From positions 1,211,755 to 1,275,754 of the forward strand of contig NMRA01000001.1 in the NCBI GenBank assembly GCA_002633005.1: a stretch of DNA of 64,000 nucleotides, read 5' to 3'. Each line of letters begins with the position of its first letter. Positions within the stretch are counted from its first letter, which is position 1. Source of the DNA: Phoronis australis. Taxonomy: Eukaryota > Animalia > Phoronida. Positions 1-13,290 of this stretch are shown piece by piece. The translations under genes were made by a program, and so were the position numbers. The notes below the pieces were generated by a model, which had not been told where the DNA came from, made no database searches, and worked only from the letters and a program-made list of their open reading frames with translations.

Positions 1-508
1 CTTTGAGCCGGCCCGAAACATAAGCCGTACTGGCCAATGTCTCTATATACCGCTGGGCACAGAGATCACCACACTTAAGTTCACTACTGATTTTATACTT
101 ACTGTGCTAGAATTTTTTTCGAGAAGCCCGGCTATCGTTTAGCCTTTAATGTCCGGGACACATTGTTTGGACCTAAAACTTTTTGACAAAGGTTCGGTTC
201 AATAACGCTAGGACCTCACTAAAAAGCAAGACTTCGCAGATTATGTGAGATATTGTCATGTAGGCCTATTTTAAATTAGAACGCCCCATTTTGGCTAGAT
301 TTTAGCAAGGTCCTAGCGTACGTCCTGGCCAGTGAAGTTGGCCTCGGGATGACGCGTTCACAATTTTAAAAAAATTTGGTACCCGTTTTTTTTAGTCATC
401 CAGCTTTTTTGTTAACAAAAGGTCCACTTGGTCAGAAATTCGAGCCCCCCCCTTCCCCCAAACTAAAGGCTTGGTGCGCGCATGTGTTGTAACCCATGTT
501 GTTTTATT

Positions 509-649
509 CATGGGCGGCTCACCATAGGGGTCTGGGGGGCTATAGCCCATTTTTTCAGTGCTATGGGGCCCATGGTCTATAGGCGGTGCACCACAGGGTG
601 GCTAGGGGGCATTAGTCCCTCACTTTTTTTCAGTGCTGCGCCGCCCATG
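509..649. mobile_element. Small MITE with CATGGGCGGC TIRs and 5-bp TSD (hAT5-like)
   Basis: CATGGGCGGC at 509 and GCCGCCCATG ending 649; TTATT directly flanks both sides; two internal degenerate direct repeats. Confidence 0.6.
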
Positions 650-825
650 TTATTGTAACGAACACCAGCCCCTTTAGGATCTACGGTTTCCTGATAGGAA
701 CATTGCCCGTGCGCAGGGCGCTAGTGCGACTACTACGCGGCCTGTTAGTCGATTCAGGTGTTAATTTCTGCTGAGCTATAGCATTCAGCAATTCAGTGCT
801 CCAGTGGCACCATAGATATAATCTA

Positions 826-3036
826 CAGTGACCGGGATCTACTGGGGGGTTCAGGGGGTTTAACCCCCCCCCTTGGGGGCCAGGACCCAAAAATAAAAAA
901 AAAAAAAACGTCTCCAGCAAAACAAAAACGGCACCGCTAGCGTGTGTAAACTCCAAATAAACCAACTCGAAAAAATTGAGGGGGGGTTCACTCTGAAAAT
1001 ATAATTTTTTGCATTGTGAATTGCTGAGTCTTCGTGGCTCATCGGCAAAACGAGGGGTGATCAATTGTTCGCGCGCTTCCGTCGACACTTCTGAAGTAGC
1101 CAAGCATTTTAGATGGATCCACCGCTGAAAGAGCAGTTCTATAGCTGATTTTTTTTAGGTAACTAGCGTCTATACTCTAAGATATGTTTTGATTTGAATA
1201 GGGGAAATACCGTGATGCCGCAACACTGATATTCAGGCGAATTGACATGCAACGGTTTTACCTCATCTGTCATACCGTGTCATTCTATTACACTCCACAC
1301 GTTTCTAACTGATGTTGTCTCGCGCAATATCATACAGTGAACATGTACATGTAATATTTTTGAAAAAAATCTTTTTCCGAAGAATTGCTATTGTGGCAGG
1401 CGCCGTGGTCTGGTCGCGAGTCCGTTTGAAGATACACTCTAACAAGTTATGTCTATACAAGGAATGACCAAGTGAGCACTCACATTGACAAAGTGACCGC
1501 ATTCGCAAACAGTGTACAGTACCAGAAATTGCGGGGAAGCTGTTCTTTCACAACAAAGTCTTGAGGGACTCGTGCGATGTTCAATAGGCCTCCTAAGGAG
1601 CCCTAGTTCCGACCTCAACACCTACCGTCTCTCTACCTGCAATAAGCACACTACTGTCTTCTATACTGGGAATTTCCGCAGAAACCCCCACCCGGTGAAA
1701 CGCTCATGTCCATGGGCATTTATTTGATGTTAGTACTTCGGGTTTCAAGCGTTCAGACTTTGGGACGTTTATTTTGAAAATTGCAAGAGATGCAAATAGG
1801 TCCTGGGATACATCGTCAAGGTTTGAAGTAGTCCATGATGAACAGCTCAAATTTAGTTGTGCATGTTAGTCTTTTGAATGGACTTGGCAACCTCAAGGGT
1901 CTTAGTGCCAACTGAGCTGCGAAACGAGATGCTGACATTGGGCTTACAAGCTCATTGACACAGCAGTTGACGAAGTGCAAGCGTTGGGAACAAACGTCGA
2001 AAATATCTGGGTGGAATGGTTCCAAGACGAGCAAACCATTGGATCCGATATACAGATTCCTCGGCAGTCTAGACAACAGAAGGATAGGACTAACGTATGA
2101 GTAACCAATGGGGATTAAAAAGTGTCTAGAGAGAAGTTTTCAATTCAAAATTTATTGCATAGTACACTTTAGGTCTCGCGACGGACCAGGCCAGCTTGGT
2201 TAGTGTAGATGTTGAGTTTCAGTGTACTTCTGGAGTCCCTAGGCGAACTAGTCTTGTGATTTTTTACCAAATTGTGCTTTGTAAAACTATTTATCTCAGC
2301 CAGTACTGTTTGGTCCCGCGACAGATCGACTATTTTTATAGGGATAATAAGCACAGGTGTACTCTTGGTCTCGGGTGACCAGGTCAGCCTTTTTGTGTAC
2401 TCTCAGTGTACATCTGGTCCCTCTGCAACTAGTCCAGTATATCTTTTAACCACTGTGCACAGGATGTTTTGGTTTCGTGAAACTGTTTTCAGATGATTTG
2501 TTTCCTGAAACATTTGACGTTTTTCAATTGTTGTCAACGTGATTCAGCTTAATAAAGTGACTACTTAATTATTCATTGTCGCTTTTAATAATAGACTATG
2601 AGCTGAGAGCACCATCGTGCGCCAGTTTTTCTCGTAACGAGACAGATCACATGTTTATTTCCGGATTAACAGTATAGGTCTTCGTTCTAAAACAACTTGA
2701 GGCTGCTGTTACGCGATCATCTGATATTTACGCCATGTCGGTGCTCCTTATGCTCTTGAATATTTGGAAGTTGTCTAAGCCCCTGTATACAAACCACACT
2801 TTTTCGTATACGACTTTTCGTATGCTAAAAAAGGTGTGTGTAAGCAGATGTTCCACGAAACTTATGAGCCAAGTTCATGTGACGAAATCGAGAAGGGTTG
2901 AGAAAGACTCCAGAGAGATTTTAAGTGCCAGAAACGTACCAGGATTTATGAAAATTTCACTATTGTCTACAAAAACAAAAAAATGTCCCTCCGCTCGGCA
3001 CCACGCCCCCTTACTGAAAACGTAGATTCGCCACTG
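826..3036 (+). mobile_element. Degenerate hAT-family DNA transposon (possibly hAT5 type)
   Basis: Imperfect TIRs CAGTGACCGGGATCTA / TAGATTCGCCACTG; flanks ATCTA and GTCTA (5 bp, 1 mismatch); contains the transposase remnant at 1760-2100. Confidence 0.45.
1760..2100 (+). pseudogene. hAT transposase remnant (THAP12/P52rIPK-like region), frameshifted
   Basis: Manual translation across frames: LNGLGNLKGLSA..KRDADI..AYKLIDTAVDEVQALGTNVENIWVEWFQDEQTIGSDIQIPRQSRQQKDRTNV, resembling the segment before the hAT dimerisation domain. Confidence 0.55.
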
Positions 3037-5199
3037 GTCTATGGTGGCACGAATCACGCTTTGACTCTGGGCGTTGTGAAAATTTTCCTATCCACTGACG
3101 GGGTCTTTGCTGCTGAACGAAGGCATGGAATTGGCCTCGACTGAGTCCAGTAGTTTCTTGGCAGTGGGATTATGAGACCAACACACACACGTGTTTCATC
3201 ATGCTGTACTCGTATCACAATATCCCAAGTATTAGGCCTACTCAGTACAGTCCGGTTCAGATCAGCAGCTCAGCTGTTGGCACCATAGATTATAGACAAT
3301 TATAGTATGTTGGCACGCCAAACATGAAATTTGAGTACATTGCTGAATAGGCCTCACTGCCTACATGTCGTGAACAACTCCACTAAAACAAGAATTTCTG
3401 TAGGAACACCGTATTTATCCACCTTCACTCTCATCAGGCTTCTATTGTGAGTCAGCATGCGTGAATAATTGGCTGATAAGCCACCTATGGAACTACTTTT
3501 GGCTGAATGGATGACCAGGCCATAAAATGATGCAAGACCAGTTAAATAATGCTGGCATAGAATAGGCAATACCTCCAGGGCAATTTTGAGAAAGTGGGCA
3601 TCTTCTGCTAGTCTTTGCTCTAAAGCGGGTTAAAAAATTGACTTAGAGAGCTCTGATTTTTTTGGTTAAGCAAACAATTATAGTTACAATTGCAAATTTT
3701 TTTATATCCGACATACAGTTTCTGGAAGCAAAAAAATCTCACAGCATCTCTTAGCTTAGCACACGAGAATAATAAGGATCGTAATTTGACAAATCAATTA
3801 AAAATACTGGCTTAAAGTGTATTCATCAACTTTTCTTTTGTTGTCTTATGAGAACAATAATGAAGCCGCCAAAGAAAATAAAACCATGAAATTGATATAA
3901 TAATAAGCATAAACTTTATTTATGTACAATATGAAATCTGAACAGACTAGTGCGATAACACAAAAAACATGGGATACAAAAAAGAATATTTAAAAAGAAC
4001 GAAAACACTGTACTCTAATTTTCCAAACATGCCCAGCAACAGAGCCGGCAAATCACAGACTAAACAATGTTGTACATGTAATGGACAAAATAACTGAACA
4101 ATTCTTTTCTGAACATCTCCAGCAGGCACCACCAAATCAGATAACTAAGTCAAACTCAGTCTCAGGAGTAAATAATTTAAAGTACTGACTGCAAAACTAA
4201 TAACTGAAGTAAACTATAGTTTAACAATAGGATGACTCTCAATAAACAATACACCAACACATGTTCAAACACTTCTCTTCTGAACAACTCAAGCACCGCC
4301 AAACCGGGCCACAACTGAAAGTAAAGCTCATCTCAGAAGAACCAAAATCAAAGTGTAATCTAAATAACAACAATATGGATTATTGAATGGCTCTAGCATT
4401 ATTAAAAAAAATCACTCCAGGACGAAGTAATATAACCATGCAACCATGCAAATGAGTTTGCCAGCGGCTGATTCAGTGACTGAGGTTGAAATATTTAAGC
4501 ATTAGCTAAAGTTATTAATCGTACTCCATTGCGGCGTTTTCCCGTTGCTCCCAACTTGTTCGATTCTATAGTCCAACAGTGCTGTGCGTGCCGAACTTGG
4601 AATCCTGCTTAATCTCAAGATTAAGCGGAAGTGAGTGTTCGTGAACTTAATTGAATATTCTTTAAGTCAAAAAGGTGAAATTTTTGTTCGGTGAAAAGAA
4701 TTTTTGCAATTATTGGCCTCGCGATCAACCATTTTCTCTTTTACCGTAACTTGTGTCGCTGAACCGGAGGAATATGTGAATGGCTAAATCGATTATTATT
4801 TGGTGAAATTGATTGCCACTGAGCTGAAAAGGTTAGTTAAAACTGACATNGATCGATTCTGCATATCCCATGTTCACGCGACTTGCTTACAAGTCATCGG
4901 AAGGGCTGTTCTCGGTTAGTGTTCTTTTGAGCTAGGAATTGGCAACAACCAAATAACGGTCGGATTAACAAGAGCTGCTTTGTATTTGCCAGGTATCTGT
5001 TGAGAAGTGTAAAAACTCAGCTCGCATTCGTTGGAAATTCCAGGTCGCATTTTGCGATTTGATACGACCTGACAAAAATCTCAGCTCGCATTTCCAAATT
5101 TCAGGTCGCAAATGCGACCTGCAGCTCGTTATGTCGAGCCCTGAATTCAATTTCTTCCCAACAGTGGTTCATTGCGTCCCACTACCACAATAAGGTGAG

Positions 5200-5460
5200 A
5201 CAGTGACCACTTCATTCTAGCTGAGTAGAGACGATGCACCTCCTGTAGCTTTTCTGCGAATTATGCCTCACTCTGTCTAAAACGTCAAAGTCATGTTGTT
5301 ATAAATACATTTTGCGCATAGAGGGACACCTTAGGACTAGGAGGCCGTTTATGTATTAAATTCCTTCCAACTCGAAGAAATACTCCTATTATCAAACTTC
5401 GAGCAGTCCTTCCTTCAGTTTCCAAAATTGGAAACTCTACATTTTAACGTTGCACACGGC
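5200..5460 (+). repeat. Fragment of the same TIR repeat family as 46952-52752 and 47266-48607
   Basis: Shares AATTATGCCT..GTTGTTATAAATAC.TTTTGCGCATAGAGG.ACACCTTAGGA..TTCCTTCCAACTCGAA with 47350-47530. Confidence 0.75.
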
Positions 5461-6911
5461 AGGGAATATGACTTCATTCCATATGTTGTTCAATGATTGT
5501 ATTTTCTTGATTCTAATAATATCCACATAAAATTTCATTCCCTTCAGTTACATCCACACACTCTGGTGCATTGACACCTAACTTCATATATAGAGGCAAT
5601 GGTAGTAAGGAGTTAACAATATACCGTAGAATGGATTGTTTGTGCGCAGTAGTAACTTGACCTGACTACAGCTTTGTACGCTGCGTCTTTAAATTTTCCG
5701 ATGCAAACATCATGTGCAGTTTACCTAAGTGATTTCAACATTTTTTGCATTATGATTCTGCTGAAATGAGTTTAGTTATAGAGTACCATACGTATTATTA
5801 AAATGTGCTTGAGCCAAAAGAGCCCTTTCATGTTTCCTTCACTAAAGAGCAGGAGAGTATGGGTATTTTCCTGCCGAATAAAGCAAAGTTTCGCTGAACT
5901 GACTGATTGTCACTGAAAACTACCAGGGACCATCTAAGACAGTGAGTGTAGGATGACAGCAAACGAGAAATATTTTTTTAAATGTTGCACTTAGAAGTCT
6001 GGAACTCATTACTAATTACTTGTTGTCTTTATGTCTACAAAGGTACAGTACATGACAAATGAAATATAATACAGTCTCCCTATTGTGACTGTTAAGGCTG
6101 TTACAGCACAAATTGTGATAGTTATAATGATTGTGGTTGCAGAATTCATTTTGAGAATAGTCTCACCACGTTCCTGTGAAATCCACTGCATTGCTGATCG
6201 TGCTGGAAGTCTACACTGACAATGAATTAAACTTCCGCCCAGTAATCATGACAGGGAACTCCGGATTATTTTATCTGAATACCTGTAGCACACAGTGTAT
6301 GCAACAGAATCACCCCACTATTGACCATTGACGGAAAGTTAGATTGAAAAATACCCTGAAACATATTACAGTAATTCACTTATTTAGCACACACTATGGC
6401 CAACAGATGAAATTCTGTTTTGTTAAAGTTCTCCATCATGGTAAAGTTTAAGTACATTTTAGTTTGTTGCAAGCATGGTATGAATCGTGCAGATGTCATA
6501 AAACTAAATTTGCTGAAGTGACTATTTTTTGCAAAAGGTTAATCAGTTATTGAAAAGTGAAAAATTACAATGGGTATTATTTTTTGAAAAATAATACTCC
6601 TTTTAATAATAGTACTATTTTTCAGCCTGCTGCACTGTGGTGTAATTGTTGGGACAACAATTAAGTATTAAGTCTTGTTTACTATTTAGAAATTGAAGAA
6701 ACAACTCATTGTGGAAAGAACCCTGAAATGTTACCATTTTGGCAATTATTTCAGTGTGTGCAAAATACTGTGGAGAATTACTGTACTAACAGTAAAATAT
6801 GGCTAACTGAGATAATTGACTTATGAGTTTTTCCCACTTGTTGAAGAACATTTCTGAATTGGAAATTTTATGATTCTGCTTTATTTGAAAAAATCAATTT
6901 TTATTCTTCAG

Positions 6912-7175
6912 GTCAGGTCAGTGGAATCCTTAAAAGTTACTACAGAAACCAGCTCAGCTTTTTGGACCCAACTCTCGTCGGAAGGCTGCACACAGTTAAA
7001 GACATTATTGAGCCTATCACGTGGAATGCTATTCCAAAACTAAAGAAAAAACACAAGGACTATTATAATCTGGTTGGGTTTTTACTCAAAAAACCCTGGA
7101 CGATGTGGCTTCCTCAAGCAGATCTTGACCCAGAGCTGAAATGGGGCGAGGATGTGTTGCTTGCAAGCAAGGAGT
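6912..7175 (+). CDS. C16orf89/UPF0764 (DUF4735)-like protein, internal exon
   Basis: ttcttcag acceptor, gtaagt donor; reads (G)QVSGILKSYYRNQLSFLDPTLVGRLH...KKPWTMW..LDPELKW; phase matches next exon. Confidence 0.75.
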
Positions 7176-9152
7176 GTAAGTTGTGATAGTTCCCGAAGGA
7201 GGAAAATAAACAGCTTAATATTATTTTGAATTACTTAAGTATTCTTATTAAAGTCAGAGCCTAGAAATGCTCTGAAGTGATCGAAGAGCAGGGCCTTTAT
7301 TAATTGGGGTCCTGCTCTTTGGTCGCCTCGAGGCAAGGCACCTGCCAGTAATATGGAAGGCCGCGCTCGGTGGTTGTTTTTGGTCGGAGCCATCTCTCTT
7401 AACATAGGGTGACCCCACTCTTTGATCGCCTTTCAGAGGGGCCCCCTATTATAGTTTGTTGAAATACATGGGAATCCATGTAACATTCATGTCACATACG
7501 CTCGCACTTAAGCAGGTGTCTGAATATACACAAAACATTTTGGAAAACGATAACCATGTTTAAAAGCATGTGTGTGAAGATTAAGTTATCTGCTTCTACC
7601 ACAGGTTGATGCTTTTTCAGTGAGATAAAAGCTGCGATGGACAAAAACCGACTTGATTTAGACCACTTCAGTATAAAACTGGACTGAACCAATGAATATT
7701 CTTATTCAAGTTATGGACAGTGTGTTATTTTTTCCACTGAATGCGGGCTCGTAGTAGCTTTAAGTGATTGGTTATATTGATTTACTTATAGTTTCATTTC
7801 TGTATTGAAACAAAAAATGCTTATCTTTGAGTGATTCATCGATAACAAGTCTTTTCATGCAAGAGGGTATCTTTGTTACTTTTCACAATCATATTTTCTG
7901 CACCTAAAACCTGTTACCCAAACCTTCTGAAAACCCAAACACGTTTACACTGCCTATTAAATCTATCTGTTTTATGTGAAGATCCCTATACTAATCTAGT
8001 GGAAATGTAATTAGCAGTCTTTCGGATGCCATTTGAAGTAGTTGTCATTCCACTAACTAGTTAAAAGTCAGTGATCCAACTGTGTTAATTTCTCTAAATT
8101 TTTAGTTTTTATGGCTTATTTGTAACTTAGGTTCGAGTTGTTAACCACTGTTTACGGCTACGCCAACTCTTAGGCTAGAGCCTAAAGCCTTTGTTGCGGC
8201 TACTGATTTCCTGTGGTTGATTAATAATTTAATGAGGATGTTATGTACTCACCATAGCCATTTTCTTACTGGAAATCCAATAGAAAAATGAGAATTACCT
8301 CTTCGATGGCTCCTTAAGCCTAAGCCCTACTTATACCTACTATTTTCAAGGGCTCCACCTAATGGTGATCACTGCAGCAGCTAAGGACAACGGCACCCAT
8401 TCAACATCCGTGGAAAATTTCTAGAGGAAATTCTCTTTTTCTATTGGATTTCTAGTTCGAAACTGCCTGTGATATATTTTTCTGGGACTCTGGGTATAAA
8501 TGCACCGATTCCTATAGAAATGTGACTGTGCAAAAATTGTAACAAGAATTTTATTGAATGTACCACAAAAGGGGATTTCTGCGGTTTGAACATTTTTTTA
8601 GATATCCTATACCACCATTTTTATATCAACATCTGGCTGTTAATCATCTATTAAAGGTCTAATGCCTGTAAGGAGTAGCAGATCTGAAATGTTGGGTGCC
8701 CTACCACAATTTCCAGGGAGCAACTGTCCATGACTAGTGTAAAAGTGTAAACCGTCGCAATTGATCTGACAATGCTTGTTCAGTGGGAGGTAGGCACACT
8801 GGGGTCCTTAAATCAGCCTATACTTTAACCATCTGACAAAATGTCTGACTTAGGTTTGGCAATGCCCTGTGATGTTTTAAAGCTCATTTGGACCTAGTAC
8901 TGGAAGATGACGTATGCTTATTAAAAGCATCAACATATGAGTCAGTTTTTAATGAACCACTTTTATTTTGATTATGTTGAATGAAATCAACTTACAGCAA
9001 AGCAACACTACTAGGCTGAGCCAGAGTTCTGTGTCCTCCAAGCTTCGTCGCATAAAAAATGAAAGTTTGTTTTGGGCTCTTGAACTTCATGACAATGTGT
9101 TCAACGTCGACTTGATGAAATGTGAGCAATAATTATTTTAACTGTTTTACAG

Positions 9153-9304
9153 ATCTTATTAATGAGACTTCTAGTGATGCCTGCCTCTATGAGCTCTCTA
9201 AAGGTTGTGAGTTGTCTTTCATGTGTCAGAAAATTCTCACCACCAGGGGAAACAGTGGCTACGCTCTAACCCATCAGCTGCTAATAGTTATGGCAGGTGT
9301 ACAG
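9153..9304 (+). CDS. C16orf89-like protein exon
   Basis: ttttacag/gtattg boundaries; SDACLYEL..GC..MCQKILTTRGNSGYALTHQLL matches family motif SDxCL...C...C..GYxLxHQLL. Confidence 0.85.
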
Positions 9305-10001
9305 GTATTGGTTTCTCAGCTTTTATAATGGTCTTTTTTGAAAATGCAGCCGTTTTGACATTAAGAGTTGAGAACTTATTGCTGTTAGCTGTGAAATATT
9401 TATGGTCTGGTTAACTGGCAATCATGGTACATGTTTTAATTCAACTAATATTTTGACTGAATCAGATCAACTACACGGTCTTAGTTCAAAGTTTGACTTA
9501 GTAGGAAGGACAATTATAGCCTCTTTCGCAGGTTCACATTGCAACAATCGGTTTGCATGTGCTCAGAATCATACTGTGCTCATTATGAGCATACAGTGAG
9601 ACTATTGTCATGTTCAGTTAAAATTCTTCAGTTAAAATTGCATTTCCTCAGTATTTAGCTTCCAAAAATGGAAAATGAATTAAAACACCTCTTACGCTCA
9701 TAAAATTGTTCTCCTATAGTTTCTTATCACGACAGGATTTAGTTTCCATTACCAACAAGAGTATTGAAACCATCAGCGGCTCAAGAAAATGCTAATGAGA
9801 GTTTATTGGCGTTGGCAAACCATAAACTTGCAAATTTGAAAGTCGTACATGTACATTTTTCTGCACATAAATATTTCTGAACTGCAACCCAGTAGCTGGT
9901 GCTGTTTCATTGGAACAATTTCACTTTTCAAAATTAGACAAGGTTTCTAGATAAGCGTCTGTCTATAAAAAATGTTTGTAAAAAATAGTCAAAATCTGGT
10001 C

Positions 10002-10199
10002 TAGGGTAATGCTGCGAAACATCTCTTTTGCAATTAAAATTACATAATTTCACTATGTTTAACTGGCTAAAAAATGAAAATCGAAACACAGCTTTAAAGG
10101 TAGGGTAATGTTACAAAACTTCTCTTTTGCAATTAAAACTAAATAATTTCACTATGTTTAGCTGGCTAAAAAACGAAAATCGAAACACAGCTTTAAAGG
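10002..10199. repeat. Intronic tandem direct repeat, 2 x ~99 bp
   Basis: TAGGGTAATG...AATCGAAACACAGCTTTAAAGG starts at 10002 and again at 10101. Confidence 0.85.
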
Positions 10200-10477
10200 T
10201 CTTGAAATGTTCTGAAAGGAGAGCATATACAACTGTCACTAATATCATATCTATGCATAACAAACTGCCTCTCGATGCGCTTATAAGAGAGTGACGGAGG
10301 GATTTTTGGGGGAAATCATATATGCTGAAAAGTGCAAAAAATCTAAGTATATCTAAACCACTTTACTGTTACCGTTCCGTGATTGGAGAAAAAACAGTCA
10401 GCAGATTATCATGGAACTGAACAGACAATGACGTGGTTGAAGAAGGGTCTTCGAGAAACTTTTCTTTTGTTTTCAAG

Positions 10478-10649
10478 CATGGCTGCGAACACCTCATGAA
10501 TATTATTCTCAAGCGAAACAACTTCTTAGGTGGTACCAAGCACTTCTACCGAGAACTGTGCACTAATGTCTTCTATGAAGTTCAGCGCAACTTGGCAACA
10601 TTAAAGAACATCATTTTGCCCAGATATCAAGACCTCCTGGTTGAACAAG
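10478..10649 (+). CDS. C16orf89-like protein exon
   Basis: ttttcaag/gtgaag; HGCEH...ELCTNVFYE...YQDLLVEQ matches family GC...C.N...DL..EQ. Confidence 0.85.
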
Positions 10650-11541
10650 GTGAAGTCATTAGCTGTAACTTGCATAATGTTAGCAACTTGCCCATTACCT
10701 TGTGATGTTCTGAGCTCTGTAGAACCAGCCAGATTCAGCACTAGTGCCATCTGGTGTCAAATATACAACAGCTATATATGCTCACTGGGTGTCATTCTTG
10801 TGCATTTTACCTGGGCAATGTTCCATAGATGCAAGAACCTTGCGAAAATGCAAGATCAAATTAAGACTTAGAAAGATATCAGCATATGTTAAAAGTGAGG
10901 CATGTGATTACTGTGCCTTTCCTCGCCAGATTCTGGCGTCAATGAGACCCGCCCTGGTTAAGATTGGTTCCGTTTCATCGTTTCTCTGAAAAATCACACA
11001 AGTTTGGGGAAAATGTTGTGTGTAATTTTGAAAGTTCATGTATTAGGTTCATTTTTAAGTGATTATGGGTCACCTTTAGTTTATTTGTTCAGAGTTTCAC
11101 GTTGCATCTGGACTGTTTGGTGTTGTCAGGTGAGACAATCTTCTCTCATGACTTCTCATAAATACCATACTTTTCTCATAAATTGTATTTCTTTCATCTT
11201 AAGTAGCAATGATTTTCTTACAAACAATTTCCTCAGTAACCCCACAGTAACCCATAGTGTACTGTACTTTGCACTGTACCAACCACCTGCTTTCTTCCAC
11301 GTCCTGTCGGAGAGTGAAAATGACAAAGGTTCATAAGGAAAGAAATGTCTTCATAAGAGCCGATTTTCGTCATGAGAACAGAACGGTATTCATGAGAAAG
11401 GACTACACAAACGGTTAACGACTATCCTAGTGCAGGATTATTGTCTACAGTATGAATGCACATGATGTATTCTGTACTTCCACTGCACTGGTCTTATTTT
11501 TTTACATGAGAGTAATGGTACATTTTTATTATAAATTCCAG

Positions 11542-12516
11542 TTTTTGTGTGTGGATCGCTTGGATTTCACGACTTGATGAAAGAGGAGTACTTAATTCAA
11601 CTACTTAGTTGGCAGAAGCCTTCAGGTTGTTATGGCATAATGCCAAAGCCCAAGAACTCTTCTGGGCTGAAAAGAATGCCTCCCTATGAATCAAGAGACT
11701 ACGACTACCTCGATGATATTCTAACCCCACGTGAAACACCTAAAAAGGATGTTGCCCATAGTGATTTAAGCCCTAAACTTGCCAGTAGTAATCTAAAAGT
11801 GAATGATGCTCATTTAAAAAACCTGCATGGTGGTGGAGATAAGAAAAACATTCCCAGTTCCAGGAACACGATAAATAAAGACGTTAATCATAATGTGAAA
11901 ACAAGACTCAAATCTAGTGATATCAATATGCAAAAGCTTGGAAATGTGGCTAACAGAATTGACGATGGCCATTCAAAGCATAGACATGACTCTGGTGTTG
12001 TCAATCAGCGATATGAGGGACATAGAATTGATTATGAAAAAGACAAAGTGCGAAATACTGGAGAAGTGATGGTGGGTGAATTGAATCCTAGTAAATCTAA
12101 AGTGGTAGCAAACCAAGGTGGTCCACCAAATAGACAACAGTTTGATGGTGGTCATAACCAACAAGAGCTTGAACTTCAAAATGCTTTCAAAAACCTTGCC
12201 GGGAATGTCGGTGCCTCGAGCAATGGTGGAAATCAGCCTCATCTTCATGTGAACGCACCCCTTGTAAATGGGCCCAAGTCACTGCACATTCAGAACAGCA
12301 ATCAGATACCTGTTGACAGAGGAAATGTTCCCAAAGTCAAGAGTACAGTCAAGAGTCCAGTTAAGAGAAATAAAAGAGACACCTATGTGTTGAGTAATGT
12401 GGCGCCATCTGCAGGAAAACTTGTGAAACTAGATGAAAATGAGATTGATCAGCGCAGAGGTGTTGTCAAGAGAGGCCACATTACAAGGAAACTTCTCCTT
12501 GAACAGGACATGCCTG
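11542..12516 (+). CDS. C16orf89-like protein, large exon with ~290-aa low-complexity insertion
   Basis: ttccag/gtatgt; VFVCGSLGFHDL...LLSWQKPSGCYG is the family CG..GF..F...W.Q...GC[FY]G motif; ends RKLLLEQDMP. Confidence 0.85.
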
Positions 12517-13132
12517 GTATGTGATACAATGTACTATGTGAAATGTAATGAAACAAAATGACATGTAAATCTCATTGCCATTGCTGAGTGCAACATGAAT
12601 TGATTCTCTGTAGCTGTTTGTCTTGATGTGAAATCTACATGAGGGTGAAACTATTCTAGCTGTATGATGGATCAGTACAGCTCACTTGATCAGTTCAATT
12701 GGAATTAACCATTATGACAAAGAACTGTATTTTGTCTGATGACTTATTTTTGGTTTTGCCTTAACAATTGACTGATTCTCTATTGAACAGTCTGTATTGG
12801 TCATTGTCTTTGCTCAATGGAAGAGCATACGGGTACAGGATTTGGGATATTTGCTAGGGTGTCTATATCAATTCATTGTTGTATATCTGCTAATTGACCC
12901 TTAATAAACAGATTGATGTTTTCTTAAAAGGCAATGCTGGAAACACATTTCTCTTAAAATCCCATGGTTTCCAGACATTAATAGTTCTAGACATTAATAG
13001 TTCTCTATCAGTCTTTATAGTAGTTGATAATTAGTATATTGAGCTGTCCAAAATGTGCTTTATATTTGGCACTGTGCATCAATCTTCTTTGACTCATTTC
13101 AATTTACATTTGATATTCATTCCCTTTTGCAG

Positions 13133-13290
13133 GTGAGTGTTTAGCCCACAAGACGGCAGTGAGCGCCGCTGGTCTTATCGTCTTTCTCCGTTACATTCTT
13201 GAACCGGGCAAAAGCAACCTGGGAAAGCTGTACGACTTCAAACCATCCAAACTGCCAGCACAGGTGCTACAACGCTTATCAACTCCAGGG
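13133..13290 (+). CDS. C16orf89-like protein exon
   Basis: ttttgcag acceptor; GECLAHKTAVSAAGLIVFLRYIL matches family C-terminal GC..H.TAVA..AL..FL.Y; donor gtttgt in phase 0. Confidence 0.8.

Noticed and set aside
2160-2460. Spaced degenerate motifs (GTAC..GGTC[CT]C) that look superficially CRISPR-like
   Set aside because: Too divergent, irregular spacing, eukaryotic context, no cas genes; likely subterminal repeats of the surrounding transposon.
2735-3025. Candidate first exon of the C16orf89-like gene
   Set aside because: No convincing signal peptide plus NLDG-like family motif or suitable donor; lies inside the putative hAT element. First exon is probably upstream of the window.
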